Shown: positions 28,259-39,758 of the stretch, piece after piece
Layout: each line of letters opens with the position of its first letter
How positions within the stretch are numbered: the first letter of the stretch is position 1
Assembly: GCA_965205505.1 (NCBI GenBank)
Contig: CBDBHB010000008.1
Coordinates: 1-64,000 of the forward strand
DNA: 64,000 bases
Origin: Acidobacteriota bacterium
Lineage (GTDB): Bacteria; Acidobacteriota; UBA890; WLXD01
Direction of reading: 5' to 3'
The notes under the pieces: generated by a model
The model's input: the letters and a program-made list of their open reading frames with translations, nothing else
Database searches by the model: none
Told to the model about the DNA's origin: nothing
Made by a program: the position numbers and the translations under genes

Positions 28259-28794
28259 ATGATCTCTGCTCTACCCCCGAACAGCGGCTCGTGTCGAGCG
28301 GCGCTCGCGCTCGTCGTTTCGCTCACCGCCTACGCACCCCCCGCAGGCCCCCTACGGCCAGCCTCGATCAGCTCGTCGGGGCGTGGACCCTCGTGTCCTG
28401 GGAGCGCACGGCCGAGGACGGCACGGTCACGCAGCCCTACGGCACAGACGCCGCAGGACAGATCGTCTACACGGCCGATGGACGCATGTCAGCGCAGTTG
28501 ATGCGGCCCGGACGAGAGTTCCCCGATCCGCAGTCGGTGACCGTGGAGGAGATGAGAGCCGCCATCTTGCGGGGCTTCTTCTCCTACTACGGCACGTACA
28601 CCGTTGACCATGAGAACCGTGTGGTTACCCACCATGTGGAGGGAGCGCTTCTCCCGGACTGGGTGGGCACGCACCGACCGAGGAGTTTCACGTTCGACGG
28701 GCCGGATCGGGTAACGCTGAGCACCGCGCCGGACCCCGGCCGTACTGCCGGCGAGATTAGCGAGTTGGTGTGGGAGCGTGTCACCGGCGGCTAA
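28259..28794 (+). CDS. Lipocalin-like domain protein (frameshift in a C run near 28340)
   Basis: LVGAWTLVSW, G.IVYTADGRMSAQL, SYYGTYTVD, LVWER. Confidence 0.75.
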
Positions 28795-28828
28795 GAAACG
28801 CCAAATCTGTATCGCCCCGCGCGAGTTG

Positions 28829-28880
28829 TTGACCAACTGTATCGAAAGTTGATATAACCTTTTCGTTCGAAGTTCGATAT
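28829..28880 (+). promoter_or_regulatory. Sigma70-like promoter with overlapping candidate PadR operators
   Basis: TTGACC (28829)-18 bp-TATAAC (28853); imperfect palindromes TATCGAAAGTTGATA (28840) and GTTCGAAGTTCGATA (28865). Confidence 0.5.
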
Positions 28881-28924
28881 ATCCGATCTCGACTGAGAGT
28901 TCGGTGAGGAGAAGGTCGATCCAG

Positions 28925-29284
28925 ATGGTCCAGGTTGCCTCCGAAACGCAGAAACCGCTGACCCCCTCGGTGTTCCAGATTCTGCTCGCGCTCGCCAGCG
29001 GCGAGATGCATGGCTACGCGATCATGCAGCAGGTACGCGAGGGTTCGGGCGGGCAGGTGAAGCTCGGCCCGGGCACGCTCTACTACTCAATCCAGCGCAT
29101 GCTCGACAAGGGGCTGATCGCGGATGCCAAGGAGCGGCCAGCGCCGGACGACGACGACGAGCGGCGCATCTACTACCGCATCACCGACGCGGGTCGCCAG
29201 ATGGCCGAGGCGGAGTCGCGGCGTCTCGCTGGCCTGGTGAAGCTCGCACGCGATCGTGACTTTCTGCCGGACGAGTCCAGATGA
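28925..29284 (+). CDS. PadR family regulator
   Basis: [16 protein letters not shown]...GPGTLY...[10 protein letters not shown]. Confidence 0.92.
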   Translation: MVQVASETQKPLTPSVFQILLALASGEMHGYAIMQQVREGSGGQVKLGPGTLYYSIQRMLDKGLIADAKERPAPDDDDERRIYYRITDAGRQMAEAESRRLAGLVKLARDRDFLPDESR

Positions 29285-31937
29285 GCATGAAGCTGTTGCT
29301 GCGCACCTGGCCGCGCGACTTTCGCGAAGCTCACGGGCGGGCCGTTCGCGACGCGGCGGTCGATGAGTTTCGTCACGACCGCCGCCTCCACGGCCTTCTC
29401 ATCGCGCTACTGCGCACCGCCCCACGCCTGATGCTCGACGTCGTCTTCACTGCGATGCGACTGCGCAGAGACCAGCTATTCGGCAGCAGCTCACCGGACC
29501 CGCTTCGTCGGCTTCCCCACCCTGAGAAAAATCCGTTCGACAACCTGTTGCAGGACATCCGCTACGGCATCCGTTACCTGTTCGGCGCCCGCGGAGTAAC
29601 CGCCGTGGCGGTCGCCGCGCTGGCACTGGGCATTGGGGCCAACACGCTGGTTTTCAGCCTGGTGAACGGCATCCTCCTCAAGCCGCTGCCGTTCGAAGAG
29701 CCCGACCGCCTCGTCCACCTGTGGGAAACCAATCTGGACCGGGGCTGGGAAAGCTTTTCGGTGTCGCCGCAGAACTACCGCGACTGGAAGGAGCAGACAG
29801 CTTCGTTCAGCGAGATGACCGGGGTATACGACACGACGGTAACCATTACGGGGCGCGACCAGCCGGTGCTTGTGGCCGGCGCGATGGTTGCCGACGACTT
29901 CTTCCTGACACTCGGCGCGGAGCTCGCGCTTGGCCGCGGATTCAGCCGCGACGAGCACGTTGACGGTGCCAGCGTCGTGGTAATCGGCCCGGGGCTGTGG
30001 CAACGACGCTTCGGCGGACAGACAGATGTACTCGGAAAAGAGATCATCGTCGACGGCTCAGATCGCACGATCATCGGGATTCTGGCCGATCCAGCCGCTG
30101 CCATACCGAGCGGAACCGACATCTGGATGCCGATCGATCTTGACGGTCAGTTCACCATAGGGCGCGGGGCCCACTGGTGGCGCGTGATTTCCCGGATGAA
30201 CGCCGGGGTGACTCTCGAACAAGCCAGCAACGACATAAAGTTGGTCGCCGACCGGCTGCCCTTGGCGGAGAGTGGTTGGTCAGCGGTAGCCGCGAGCATG
30301 CATGAAGACGTCACCGAGCGGGCGAATCGGTCACTGGTCATGCTGTTCGGCGCCGTCGGGCTCGTGCTGCTCATCGCCTGCGCCAACGTCGCCAACTTGT
30401 TGCTAGCACGCTCGAGCGTCCGCGCCCGCGAACTGTCGCTCCGTCACTCGCTCGGCGCGTCAGCGTCACGCCTGTTCCGACAGATGATCACCGAGAGCGT
30501 GCTGCTGTCTTCGATAGGAGCGATCCTCGGCGTTGGCGTCGCCTTCGCCGGGTTGCACATCGTCCGGGCGGTCGCGGGCGACACGCTGCCGCGCATGGCC
30601 GAGGTCAGCATCGACCCCACCGTGCTGTTCTTCACTCTCGGCGTTGGGCTGCTCACCGGGCTCGCCTTCGGCGTTGTCCCGGCGCTCCAAGGCATGCGCG
30701 TCACGCCGGCCGCGGCGCTCAAAGAAGGCGGGGCAGGAAGCGGCCCCGGGCGCGGGCACGCTCGCCTGCAAAGTGCGCTGGTTGTCGTGGAGGTCGGCCT
30801 CGCCGTGAGCATCGTAGCGGTGGCTGGCCTGCTCGCACGCAGCTTGGTCGAGCTGCAGAACGTCGACCCTGGCTTCGCCGTAGATCAGCGTGTAAGCGCG
30901 CGAATCGCCCTCCCGGACGGGAGCTATCCGGATCGGCCAACCCGCACTGCCTTCTACGACGGCCTGCTGGATTCGCTTCGGGCGAGCCCCGCCGTTATCA
31001 GCGCCGGAGCGACCTCGGGATTGCCCCTGGGCGGCAACTTCAGCATCAGCTTCAGCATCGTCGGACAGACTGATTCGAACGACGAGAACCGACCAACATC
31101 CGAGCTGCGGGTGGTCGACCCCGGCTACTTCGACAGCATGAGCATCCCGTTGATGCGCGGCCGGGGCCTGCAGCAGTCTGACACCGGCGACGGCGAACAC
31201 GTGGTCGTGGTGAACAGGCGATTCGTCGAACGCTTCTTCCCGGACTCAGAACCGCTCGGCGCCATATTGGATATCGGCTACGGCACCGGCGTCGAGGGCG
31301 ACTCCAGAGAACGCCGTATCGTCGGCGTCGTCAGCGACGTAAAGGCGTTCAGCCTCGGTGACGAGTCGCGTTCGATGTATTACCTGAGTCGGCACCAAAC
31401 GAGCGTCAGCAACCTGTCGCTCGTGCTCCACACGACGGTCCCCGAGGAACAGGCGTTCGTGCTGCTGCGCGAGGCCGACTCGAACCTGGCCCTATACCAG
31501 GTGCGATCTCTGGGCGAGCTCGTGCACGCGACCACAGCCAGCGAGCGGCTGCGGCTTGGCCTGATCGCCAGCTTCGCTGTTCTGGCGATGGTGCTCTCGG
31601 GAATCGGCATATACGGGATGCTGTCGTTCGGCGTGGCGGAGCGCCGCCGGGAGATCGGCCTGCGGCTCGCGATCGGCGCGGCACCGGCGGACGTGCTGCG
31701 GCTGATCCTGCGTGGCGGCATCGGCCTTGCTCTGATCGGAGTGGTTGTCGGCTCGGGCGGCGCACTCCCTCCTGGGCCGCGCGGTGGCGTCGCAGCTCTA
31801 TGGCGTTTCGCCCCTCCGACCCGCTCACCCTGCTGGGCGTGGGCGCCTCCTTGCTCATCGTGGCAATGATGGCCTGTTGGCTCCCCGCCCGCAGAGCCAC
31901 GCGCGTCGACCCAGCCACAACTCTGCGCGCCGACTGA
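29281..31937 (+). CDS. ADOP-type duplicated ABC permease (MacB/FtsX); frameshifts near the 3' end
   Basis: [46 protein letters not shown]; canonical end [14 protein letters not shown] in another frame at 31937. Confidence 0.9.
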
Positions 31938-31980
31938 ACGAGACGAGCGACCAGGCCTCGCCGACGTCGACCGATCCTGG

Positions 31981-32239
31981 GTGCGCTTCTACTGCGGCGC
32001 CTCGCTTGCGGCGCTGACGCACCTGGAGACCGAGAGAAAACTACCGCCTCGTGGCCGCCGAGCCGGAAGGCGCCAACGCTTACTTCCTGCGCAACGACAC
32101 GGCGCCCGAGATTCCCGGCGTCGAGGTGGCCCGCACCTTCCGCATGATGGAGCGCCAGAACGCCTTCATGCAGAAGAAGGGCGCGGACGTCTACGACTTC
32201 ATCAAGAAGGCCCGACTACCGTTGGATGAGGTCGACTAG
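31981..32239 (+). pseudogene. C-terminal fragment of an uncharacterised (possibly FkbM-like) protein
   Basis: FYCGASLAALTHL / EPEGANAYFLRND... split across frames, no 5' part. Confidence 0.4.
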
Positions 32240-32514
32240 CCAAAGTCATGACCCCATCCAAGCCAGGATCAGGCGGGCACTGATGCCCAACGCCGCGATG
32301 GCAAGCCATACCCACGCCGGTGTTCGTTTGTTGTCAGTGTTGTGCGGTGGTTCGGATTCGTTTTCCATCTTTCACCTCCGCTAGTGTCCTGAGTCAGGAC
32401 ACTAACTGTTCGTTCCGCGGCGCCGTTCCTTTGCGCAACTGGCCCTCGTCCTCGGGCGCCTCTAGTCGGTCGTCACAGTCGGGGTGCACACTGCTTCGGA
32501 CACGCACCCGGACG

Positions 32515-33114
32515 TCAGAGCTCCATTCTGGGAGTGAGCCGTCGGGAAGTAAGCGCCCAGGTTGCAGAGCCGAGACCGCTTCCGAACAGATTGCCCAGGA
32601 CGTCGCGCCAGGCGAAGAACCGTCCAGGTAGCAATCCCTGGAGTAACTCGTCCAGCAGAGCCACGCCCGCAATCCATGCGAAGGCAAGAAGAACTCCACG
32701 ACCCGTCCGGGTCTCGACCGCCTCGAGAACCAGATATGCAAGTAGCGCATACTGCAGCAGATGGAACCGCTTGGCGGGCAAGGAGTCCTGATAGAAGCTC
32801 ACCATCAAGAGGACTCCAACACTGAGAACGACTAGCAGTCCGACGACCCTCGCGCGACGCACAGAGCGCGGCAGGCAGGCCCGGTAACCTGCACATAGAA
32901 GCAGTGCCACGCCAACGCCGGCGAACACGACGACGGAGCGCGAGCCGACGTACGGTCCGAGCCTGCTCCAAATGCCGGGGGCCACGGTGAGCGTCGATAG
33001 CAGAACGACGCAGTACAACGCCGCCGCTACCCTCCACCGATAGCGCGTCGGGAACGACCGCAGCCTTGCTGACCGACCCCTCGAGGATGGGTCTCTGGCA
33101 TCGGGTTGACTCAT
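32515..33114 (-). CDS. VanZ family membrane protein
   Basis: RFHLLQYALLA...LLDELLQGLLPGR...DVLGNLFG. Confidence 0.75.
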   Translation of the reverse strand: MSQPDARDPSSRGRSARLRSFPTRYRWRVAAALYCVVLLSTLTVAPGIWSRLGPYVGSRSVVVFAGVGVALLLCAGYRACLPRSVRRARVVGLLVVLSVGVLLMVSFYQDSLPAKRFHLLQYALLAYLVLEAVETRTGRGVLLAFAWIAGVALLDELLQGLLPGRFFAWRDVLGNLFGSGLGSATWALTSRRLTPRMEL

Positions 33115-33734
33115 CTCGATCAACCATCCGGTGTAGCAATTGCGAGGATGGTAGCGGCAAGCTCGAAAGGAACTGTGAGACTCCTGCCGGGCAGTAGAAC
33201 GGATGTTCCCCGAATGTCGGGGAGAGTAGCTGAGCGTTCCTCCGCTAGCACGGATGATCGTATCGGTTAGGCGACCTGTTTGTCGGAGCCGCCCGTGATC
33301 TAGCAGGCGTGCTGGAAAAATCTGGTGGGTCTGGCCGAAGGCGACCAGGCTCCTCAGCAACGTCGGCAAATTGAGGATCACGGATGCTCACGGACAGCTC
33401 GCCCATGAACCAGGTGTCGCAGAGAAGTGCACTGGTGGATTTCGTGATCGTCGACGAGTTCTACCAGCACGGCACCGCGGCGTGGACGGCGGACCGCCCG
33501 GAGGAGAACGTCGACGTGCTCCTGGACAACCGCATCCCCGTCGGTTGTCACGCGAGCGTGTGCATGGGTTACTCAGCATCGACACCGAGCAAACTGACCT
33601 CGAAGGGCTCGAAGATATGGGGCCCGGTGGCGACTATCCGGGGCTTGGTATCAGGACTTTGGTGAGGGGCGATCGTTTCAAACTTCACGTTACCGGCGCC
33701 TCAGCCATGCCCCAAAGAAGGGAATAACTAACGA

Positions 33735-35357
33735 ATGAACGGACTTGCCGCAGTTTCGACATTGTTGTGGCTTTCGCTGGCGCTGCCGACGATGAGCCAC
33801 AGTGGCCAGCTGATCGAAGGGCTCGGCGAGGTGAGCTTCCCGACGTCGTGCGCGGCCGAGGTCCAAGGGGCCTTCAACCGCGCCATCGCCTTGCTGCACT
33901 CTTTCGAGTTTGAGGAATCGCGAGGCGTATTCGAGCGCATTGCCGAGCGCGAGCCCGATTGCTCCATGGCTCACTGGGGCGTAGCGACCACCTACTACCA
34001 TCCGCTCTGGGCGCCGCCGACAGAGCGCGACCTGCAGCTCGGGCGGGCCGCAGCGGAAAGGGCACTGGCGCTGCCGGCTCCGGGACGAGAGCGAGCCTAC
34101 GTCGAGGCCATCGCGGCGTTTTATCGCGACTACGAGAGGATCGATCATCGCACCCGGGCACGCTCCTACGAAGCGGCGCTGGCCCTCTTACACGAGAGCA
34201 ATCCGGACGACCAAGAGGCGCAGATCCTCCATATCCTTGCCATCCTGAGCAACGCCGACCCGACCGACAGGACCTACGCCGTACAGCTACGCACGGGGAC
34301 GATGCTCGAGTCATTGTTCGCCCGGCTGCCGAACCATCCCGGGCTGGCTCACTACATCATTCACAGCTACGACTACCCGAGCTTGGCCCACCGCGCCGTC
34401 GAGGCGGCTCACAGCTATCTCGAGATCGCCCCCGCCCTGCCGCACGCGTTGCACATGTCGGCCCACATCTTTACGCAGGAGGGGATGTGGCCCGAATCGA
34501 TCCACGCCAACACGCTGTCGGCCGAGGCGGCTCGCGATCGTGGGCAACGCACCGGCGCCCTGGCCCAGGCGCAGCTGGCTGAAATGCACGCCCTCGACTA
34601 TCTCGTCTATGCCTACCTGCAACGGGGGGAGAACGACAAGGCCCGCGAGATCCTCGAGCACGTCGCCGCACAGGAGGGGCTGAACTGGAGCAACGGAGTG
34701 GTGGCATTCAACGCCGGGGCCGTGCCGGCGCGCTACGCTCTCGAGAGGCACCGCTGGTACGAGGCAGCATCCATTCCTCGTCCTTCACAGGCCGAGGCGG
34801 CGGGAGGCAACTTCGAGACCCGCGCACTGGTCGCCCTCGTTTACTGGGCCCGTGCCGTCGGCGCCGCTCGCAGCGGGCAGATCGATGCGGCCGAGCAGGC
34901 GTTGGCTAGGGTGGAGGAGATCGCCGCCGAGTTGAGTAGCGATGTCAACGTGTGGGCGCGCAATACCGCCGAGGTGCTGCGACTCGAAGCCGCCGCTTGG
35001 CTGGCGCTAGCCAAAGCCGATGGGCAGGCAGCGCTGCGGCTCATGCGCGCGGCCGCCGATGTGGAGGACGAGACCGACAAGAGCAGCGTGAACCCGGGCC
35101 GCGTTCTGCCCGTGCATGAGCAGCTCGCCGACTTGCTGATGGAGTTAGACGGTCCGACGGAAGCTCTACGCGAATACGAGATCTCCTTCGAGCACGCCGG
35201 CCAACGCTTCAACAGCAACTACGGAGCAGCCAAGGCGGCCCGGGCCGCCGGGCAGCCAGAGGTCGCGCGACATTATTATCGGCAGCTCCTACAGCTCACC
35301 GCAAAGGACAGCGCCCGCGCCGAGCTGGACGAAGCGAGAGCTTTTCTGGGGCAGTAG
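33735..35357 (+). CDS. Secreted TPR-repeat protein
   Basis: Signal peptide; LGEVSFPTSC...ALLHSF; PNHPGLAHYIIH; PHALHMSAHIF; helical repeats. Confidence 0.85.
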   Translation: MNGLAAVSTLLWLSLALPTMSHSGQLIEGLGEVSFPTSCAAEVQGAFNRAIALLHSFEFEESRGVFERIAEREPDCSMAHWGVATTYYHPLWAPPTERDLQLGRAAAERALALPAPGRERAYVEAIAAFYRDYERIDHRTRARSYEAALALLHESNPDDQEAQILHILAILSNADPTDRTYAVQLRTGTMLESLFARLPNHPGLAHYIIHSYDYPSLAHRAVEAAHSYLEIAPALPHALHMSAHIFTQEGMWPESIHANTLSAEAARDRGQRTGALAQAQLAEMHALDYLVYAYLQRGENDKAREILEHVAAQEGLNWSNGVVAFNAGAVPARYALERHRWYEAASIPRPSQAEAAGGNFETRALVALVYWARAVGAARSGQIDAAEQALARVEEIAAELSSDVNVWARNTAEVLRLEAAAWLALAKADGQAALRLMRAAADVEDETDKSSVNPGRVLPVHEQLADLLMELDGPTEALREYEISFEHAGQRFNSNYGAAKAARAAGQPEVARHYYRQLLQLTAKDSARAELDEARAFLGQ

Positions 35358-35607
35358 GGCGAGGGCGGCCTCTGTAGCCGGCTCAGGACCGGCGGTGGAC
35401 CCACGCACGCACCTTGTCCACTCGCTCAAGTACTCCCGCGTCGACGTATGTCCTCCCGAATCGCCTCTGGTTCTGGAGACGGCGGGAATGAGCGGGAGGC
35501 GTGGGAGCTCCGGTGAGGAAGTACAGAAAACAGGAGAGGACCACATGAGCAACCTACTCAGGAAACTCACGACGGCACAAAGCGTGCGTGATAACGTGAC
35601 GGGCGTC

Positions 35608-35922
35608 ATGGAGCATACCGCCAGGTTCTTCGTCGGCCAGATCGTCCATCACACGAAGTTCCACTATCGTGGCGTCATCTTCGACGTCGATGCCACGTTT
35701 CAGGGCGCCGACGAGTGGTACGAGATAATGGCGCGGTCTTGCCCCCCGAAGGACAGCCCGTGGTATCACGTGCTCGTTGACGGAGCTGACCACACGACCT
35801 ACGTGGCCGAGCGAAACCTCGAGCCGGACGACGGCGGTCAGCCGATCAGCCACCCGCTGGTGGCCACGCTGTGCGGCGAGTTCCGGGAGGGGCGGTACGC
35901 CATGAGCACCACGCTGCACTGA
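35608..35922 (+). CDS. hspQ: Heat shock protein HspQ (YccV-like)
   Basis: F.VGQIVHH..F.YRGVIFDVD...PWYHVLVD...TYVAERNL. Confidence 0.92.
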   Translation: MEHTARFFVGQIVHHTKFHYRGVIFDVDATFQGADEWYEIMARSCPPKDSPWYHVLVDGADHTTYVAERNLEPDDGGQPISHPLVATLCGEFREGRYAMSTTLH

Positions 35923-35996
35923 CCTGCCCCCCAATAATCGGGCCAGTTTGAGAGTTAGGAATTGAGGCTCTCAGGAAGGCTCGGGAAGGGGGAGAA

Positions 35997-36275
35997 ATGG
36001 CCCGGAAGCGATACACGGTAGAGCAGATCATCGCCAAGCTCAGGGAGGCAGAGATCGAGCTGGCGCAAGGAGCCAAGACGCCACAGGCGTGCCGGAAGCT
36101 GGGCATCAGCGAGAACACGTACTACCGGTGGCGTAAGGAGTACGGCGGGCTGAGGGTGGATCAGGCACGGCGACTCAAGGAGCTGGAGCGCGAGAACGGG
36201 CGGCTCAAGAAGCTGCTGGCGGAGACGATGCTCGACAACGCCATCCTCAAAGAGGTGTCGTCGGGAAACTTCTGA
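35997..36275 (+). CDS. IS3 OrfA
   Basis: HTH CRKLGISENTYYRWRKEYGG; leucine zipper RLKELERENGRLK. Confidence 0.95.
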   Translation: MARKRYTVEQIIAKLREAEIELAQGAKTPQACRKLGISENTYYRWRKEYGGLRVDQARRLKELERENGRLKKLLAETMLDNAILKEVSSGNF

Positions 36276-36298
36276 GCCCGGCGCGCCGGAGCCGGGCA

Positions 36299-37156
36299 GT
36301 GCGACACGCACAGCAGTCGCAGGGGGTGTCGGAGAGGCGAGCCTGCCGAGTGCTGGGCCAGGTGCGCTCGACGCAGCAATATCGGCCCAAGGCGCCTGGA
36401 GACGAAACACCGCTGGTGAAGCGAATGACCGAACTGGCGACGCAGTACGGACGCTACGGGTACCGTCGGATCACGGCTCTGATGGAACGCGAAGGGTGGC
36501 GAGTAAACCACAAGAGGATCGAACGGTTATGGCGTCGTGAAGGACTGAAGGTACCGAAAAAGCAGCCCAAGCGCGGACGCTTGTGGCTCAACGATGGATC
36601 GTGCGTGCGGCTGAGGCCGGAAAGGAAAGATCACGTGTGGGCCTATGACTTCGTGCACGAACGAACTCACGACGGGCGAGCGGTTCGTCTGCTGACGATC
36701 GTGGATGAGTACACCAGGGAGTGCTTGGCCATCGATGTGGCGCGCAGGCTCAACTCCGAGAACGTGTTGGATCGACTCGCTGAGCTGTTCGTGAACCGTG
36801 GTGTTTCCGACCACATCCGCTCCGACAACGGACCGGAGTTCACTTCTCGGGTAGTGCGTGGCTGGCTCGAGCGGGTCGGTGTGAAGACGTTGTTCATCGA
36901 GCCCGGCTCGCCGTGGGAAAACGGCTATGTGGAGAGCTTCAACGGCAAGCTACGCGACGAGCTGCTGAACGGGGAGATCTTCTACACGCTCAAGGAGGCG
37001 CAGAGCTTGGTGCAAGCCTGGCGCCGCAAATACAACCAGGTGCGGCCACACAGCTCGTTGGGCTATCGGCCGCCTGCACCGAAAGCGACGTTGTTAAAGC
37101 CGGCTACGCTCCGCTCCGCCGGCTGCAACAACCTCTTGCCAGCACCGATTCTATGA
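36299..37156 (+). CDS. IS3 OrfB DDE transposase (-1 frame)
   Basis: YGYRRI, WAYDF, IRSDNGPEF, PWENGYVESFNG, RPHSSLG. Confidence 0.95.
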   Translation: MRHAQQSQGVSERRACRVLGQVRSTQQYRPKAPGDETPLVKRMTELATQYGRYGYRRITALMEREGWRVNHKRIERLWRREGLKVPKKQPKRGRLWLNDGSCVRLRPERKDHVWAYDFVHERTHDGRAVRLLTIVDEYTRECLAIDVARRLNSENVLDRLAELFVNRGVSDHIRSDNGPEFTSRVVRGWLERVGVKTLFIEPGSPWENGYVESFNGKLRDELLNGEIFYTLKEAQSLVQAWRRKYNQVRPHSSLGYRPPAPKATLLKPATLRSAGCNNLLPAPIL

Positions 37157-37190
37157 GTTACGAAGTGGCCTCAACACTTGGGGCAGGTCA

Positions 37191-39242
37191 GCCCCGAGCC
37201 GGTGGCGGGACGAACTTTCACCGAGGCCGAGGACAGCGTGCCCGGCCGCGACGCGGTGGCGGTGATCAGCTACGGCTTCTGGCAGCGTAACTTCGCCGGT
37301 GAACCCAGCGTGGTGGGGCATGCGTTCCAACTCAACTCGTATCCGTTCACGATCGTTGGCGTTATGCCCGAAGGATTCGGGTTTGCGCGTATCGAACCCA
37401 GCGTCGATCTCTGGGTACCGCTTGCGATGCAGGAGATCGCCCGACCCGGTTCGGGAACCCTCGAGGAACGCGGCAGCGGTTTCCTGGCGGCCTACGGTCG
37501 TCTGCGCCCGGGCGTCAGTCTCGAGCAGGGTAGCGAGGGCATGAACACCATGCACGCGGCGCTAGTCGAGGAGTACCCCAACGCGCTCGAGGGCACGACC
37601 GTTAACCTCGAACCAGCCACACGGTCGTACCTCGGACCCAACTCCGGCGCGGTGGCATCGATCTTCACGGTGCTGATGGGTGTGGTTGGCAGCGTCCTAC
37701 TGATCGCCTGCGCCAACGTCGCCAACTTGATGCTGGCGCGCGGAGCCGATCGACAGAGAGAGATCGGCATCCGGCTGGCGCTCGGCGCCGGGCGGCGGCG
37801 AGTGGTTCGCCAGCTGCTGACCGAGAGCTTGATGCTCGGCCGCCGCCGCCGGCATCGCCGGCGCCGTGTTAGCGGTGTGGATCAGCCGAGCCGTGACTTC
37901 GTTCCAGCCGCCGCTCCCGGTACCCGTCAGCTTCGACATGCCAATTGACTTGAGGGTTCTGGCATTCACCACCATCGTCGCGCTAGCCACCGGCCTGGTC
38001 TTCGGGCTGCTGCCCGCTCTGCGCGTATCGCGCCCGGAGCTAGTCGAAACGCTGAGGGGCGGCGGGCGAGTTACCAGCGGAACGCGCTTGAAGAACACGC
38101 TGGTGGCCGCACAGATCACCATGTCGCTCGCACTGCTCATCGGAGCGGCGCTGTTCCTCAGGAGCCTGCAGAACGCCAGCGCCATCGATGCGGGGTTCGA
38201 TGCCAACAACGTGCTCGTCGCCTCCATGGATCCTTCGCTTCAAGGCTATGGCGACGATGAGGTCGGGGCCTTTTATCGACAGCTGGTCGACTACGTACAG
38301 CAGCTACCAGGGGTTCGCGCGGTATCGCTCGCCGAGATGTTGCCGATGGCCCTGGGCACACAGCAGTGGGGCGCCTCGATCGAAGGCTATGAGCCCACCC
38401 AGGATGAGCGCATGAACCTCGACTATAACTACATCAGCCCAGGGTACTTCGAGAGCATGGGTGTGCCTCTGGTGGCTGGGCGTGAATTCGACTGGGACGA
38501 CGACCTGGCGAGCGCCGGCGCCATCATCATCAACGAGACCATGGCCGAGCGTTTCTTCCCCGGTGAGTCTGCCCTCGGCCGCAGGGTCAGTAGCGGCAAC
38601 ATGGAGCGTCAGATCGTCGGCGTGGTTCGCGACTCGAAGTACTACTCGCTGGGAGAGCAACCGCTGTCGTACATGTATTTCCCGTTCATGCAGTCGAACC
38701 AGTCGGCGCTTTCTCTGCATGTACGCAGCGCTGCCGAGCCGCAAGCCTTGGTCGCCGCGGTGCGCGAAGAAGTCCGGCGGCTCGATGCCGAGCTACCGAT
38801 CTTTGACGTACGCACCATGGAGTCACAGATCGGAATTGCCCTGTTGCCGGCACGACTGACCGCTGGGTTGCTGGGCATTTTTGGATCCTTCGCCCTGTTG
38901 TTGGCCGCCGTAGGGCTCTACGGTGTCATGGCTTATGCCGTTGGTCAGCGAACACGTGAGATCGGCATCCGCATGGCTCTAGGCGCCTCCAGCGGCGACT
39001 TGGTCCGCATGATTCTGCGCCAGACACTGGTTCTGCTCGCCATCGGGCTGAGCGTCGGATTGGTCGCCGGCGCCGGTGTGGGGCGCGCCGCCGAGAGTCT
39101 TCTCTACGGCGTGGACTGGGTCGACAGCACCGCTTTCGGGGGCGCCATCGCGGTCATCACTGTTGCGGTATTGCTCGCCGGCTTCATGCCGGCACGGCGC
39201 GCCTCCCGAGTCGATCCGGTGAACGCGCTGCGTGTCGAGTGA
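37191..39242 (+). pseudogene. 5'-truncated ADOP-type ABC permease (also frameshift near 37840)
   Basis: Begins mid-domain (P.AGRTFTEAED) right at the IS end; [35 protein letters not shown]. Confidence 0.85.
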
Positions 39243-39433
39243 GCGCGCGGACCAACGTCCTTCGTAGGCCGGCTTGCCGTTGACGATGCTAAAGACCGTT
39301 CATCATTCGCCACCGCGATGAAACACCGCGCTTGGACGCTTTTGGCTTCTCCAGGGTCAGCGGGCTCGTTATGCTGTGGGTAGTCACGAGCGTGGCAAGT
39401 TCATGTTGAGACAGGGACTGGGACCGCGCAACT

Positions 39434-39468
39434 CGCCGGCCGGCTCGATAGCCAGCCGGCGTTTTTTT
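39434..39468 (+). terminator. Rho-independent terminator
   Basis: CGCCGGCCGGCT-CGAT-AGCCAGCCGGCG followed by T7. Confidence 0.75.
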
Positions 39469-39609
39469 GCCTGCGGAGCGTGTTCAAGTCGCGTCTCGCT
39501 CGGCGAGCCAAGCGCGCTTCGCAGCGGCGATACCTTCCAGCGTCTCGGTACCCGGTCCGTTCTCATCGCTGGACTCGATCGCCGTCTGCTCAATCGCAAA
39601 TGGCCCGGC

Positions 39610-39686
39610 TGCTCTCCCGTGGTGAGAGCCGATCTATTCCGCTAGGCTGAGCAGCCTTTGCGGAGCCCGCCCCTTCCCGAACCCGC
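39610..39686. repeat. 77-bp two-hairpin sequence, copy B
   Basis: Near-identical to 20694-20770. Confidence 0.85.
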
Positions 39687-39758
39687 GACCGGCGATCTGG
39701 AAGGCCGAGGCTGATCGACCATAACCCCGACCACCTACCAAGTCCTGGTGATCGCCCG

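Larger units (their letters stand above)
35920..37190 (+). mobile_element. IS3 family insertion sequence (1271 bp)
   Basis: TG...CA ends, IRs TGACCTGCCCC / GGGGCAGGTCA; orfA/orfB with G-GGA-AAC slippery site at 36263; no flanking direct repeat. Confidence 0.95.

Noticed and set aside
33384-33665. Short ORF possibly a cytochrome c peroxidase fragment
   Set aside because: No CxxCH and only vague similarity; cannot be supported.
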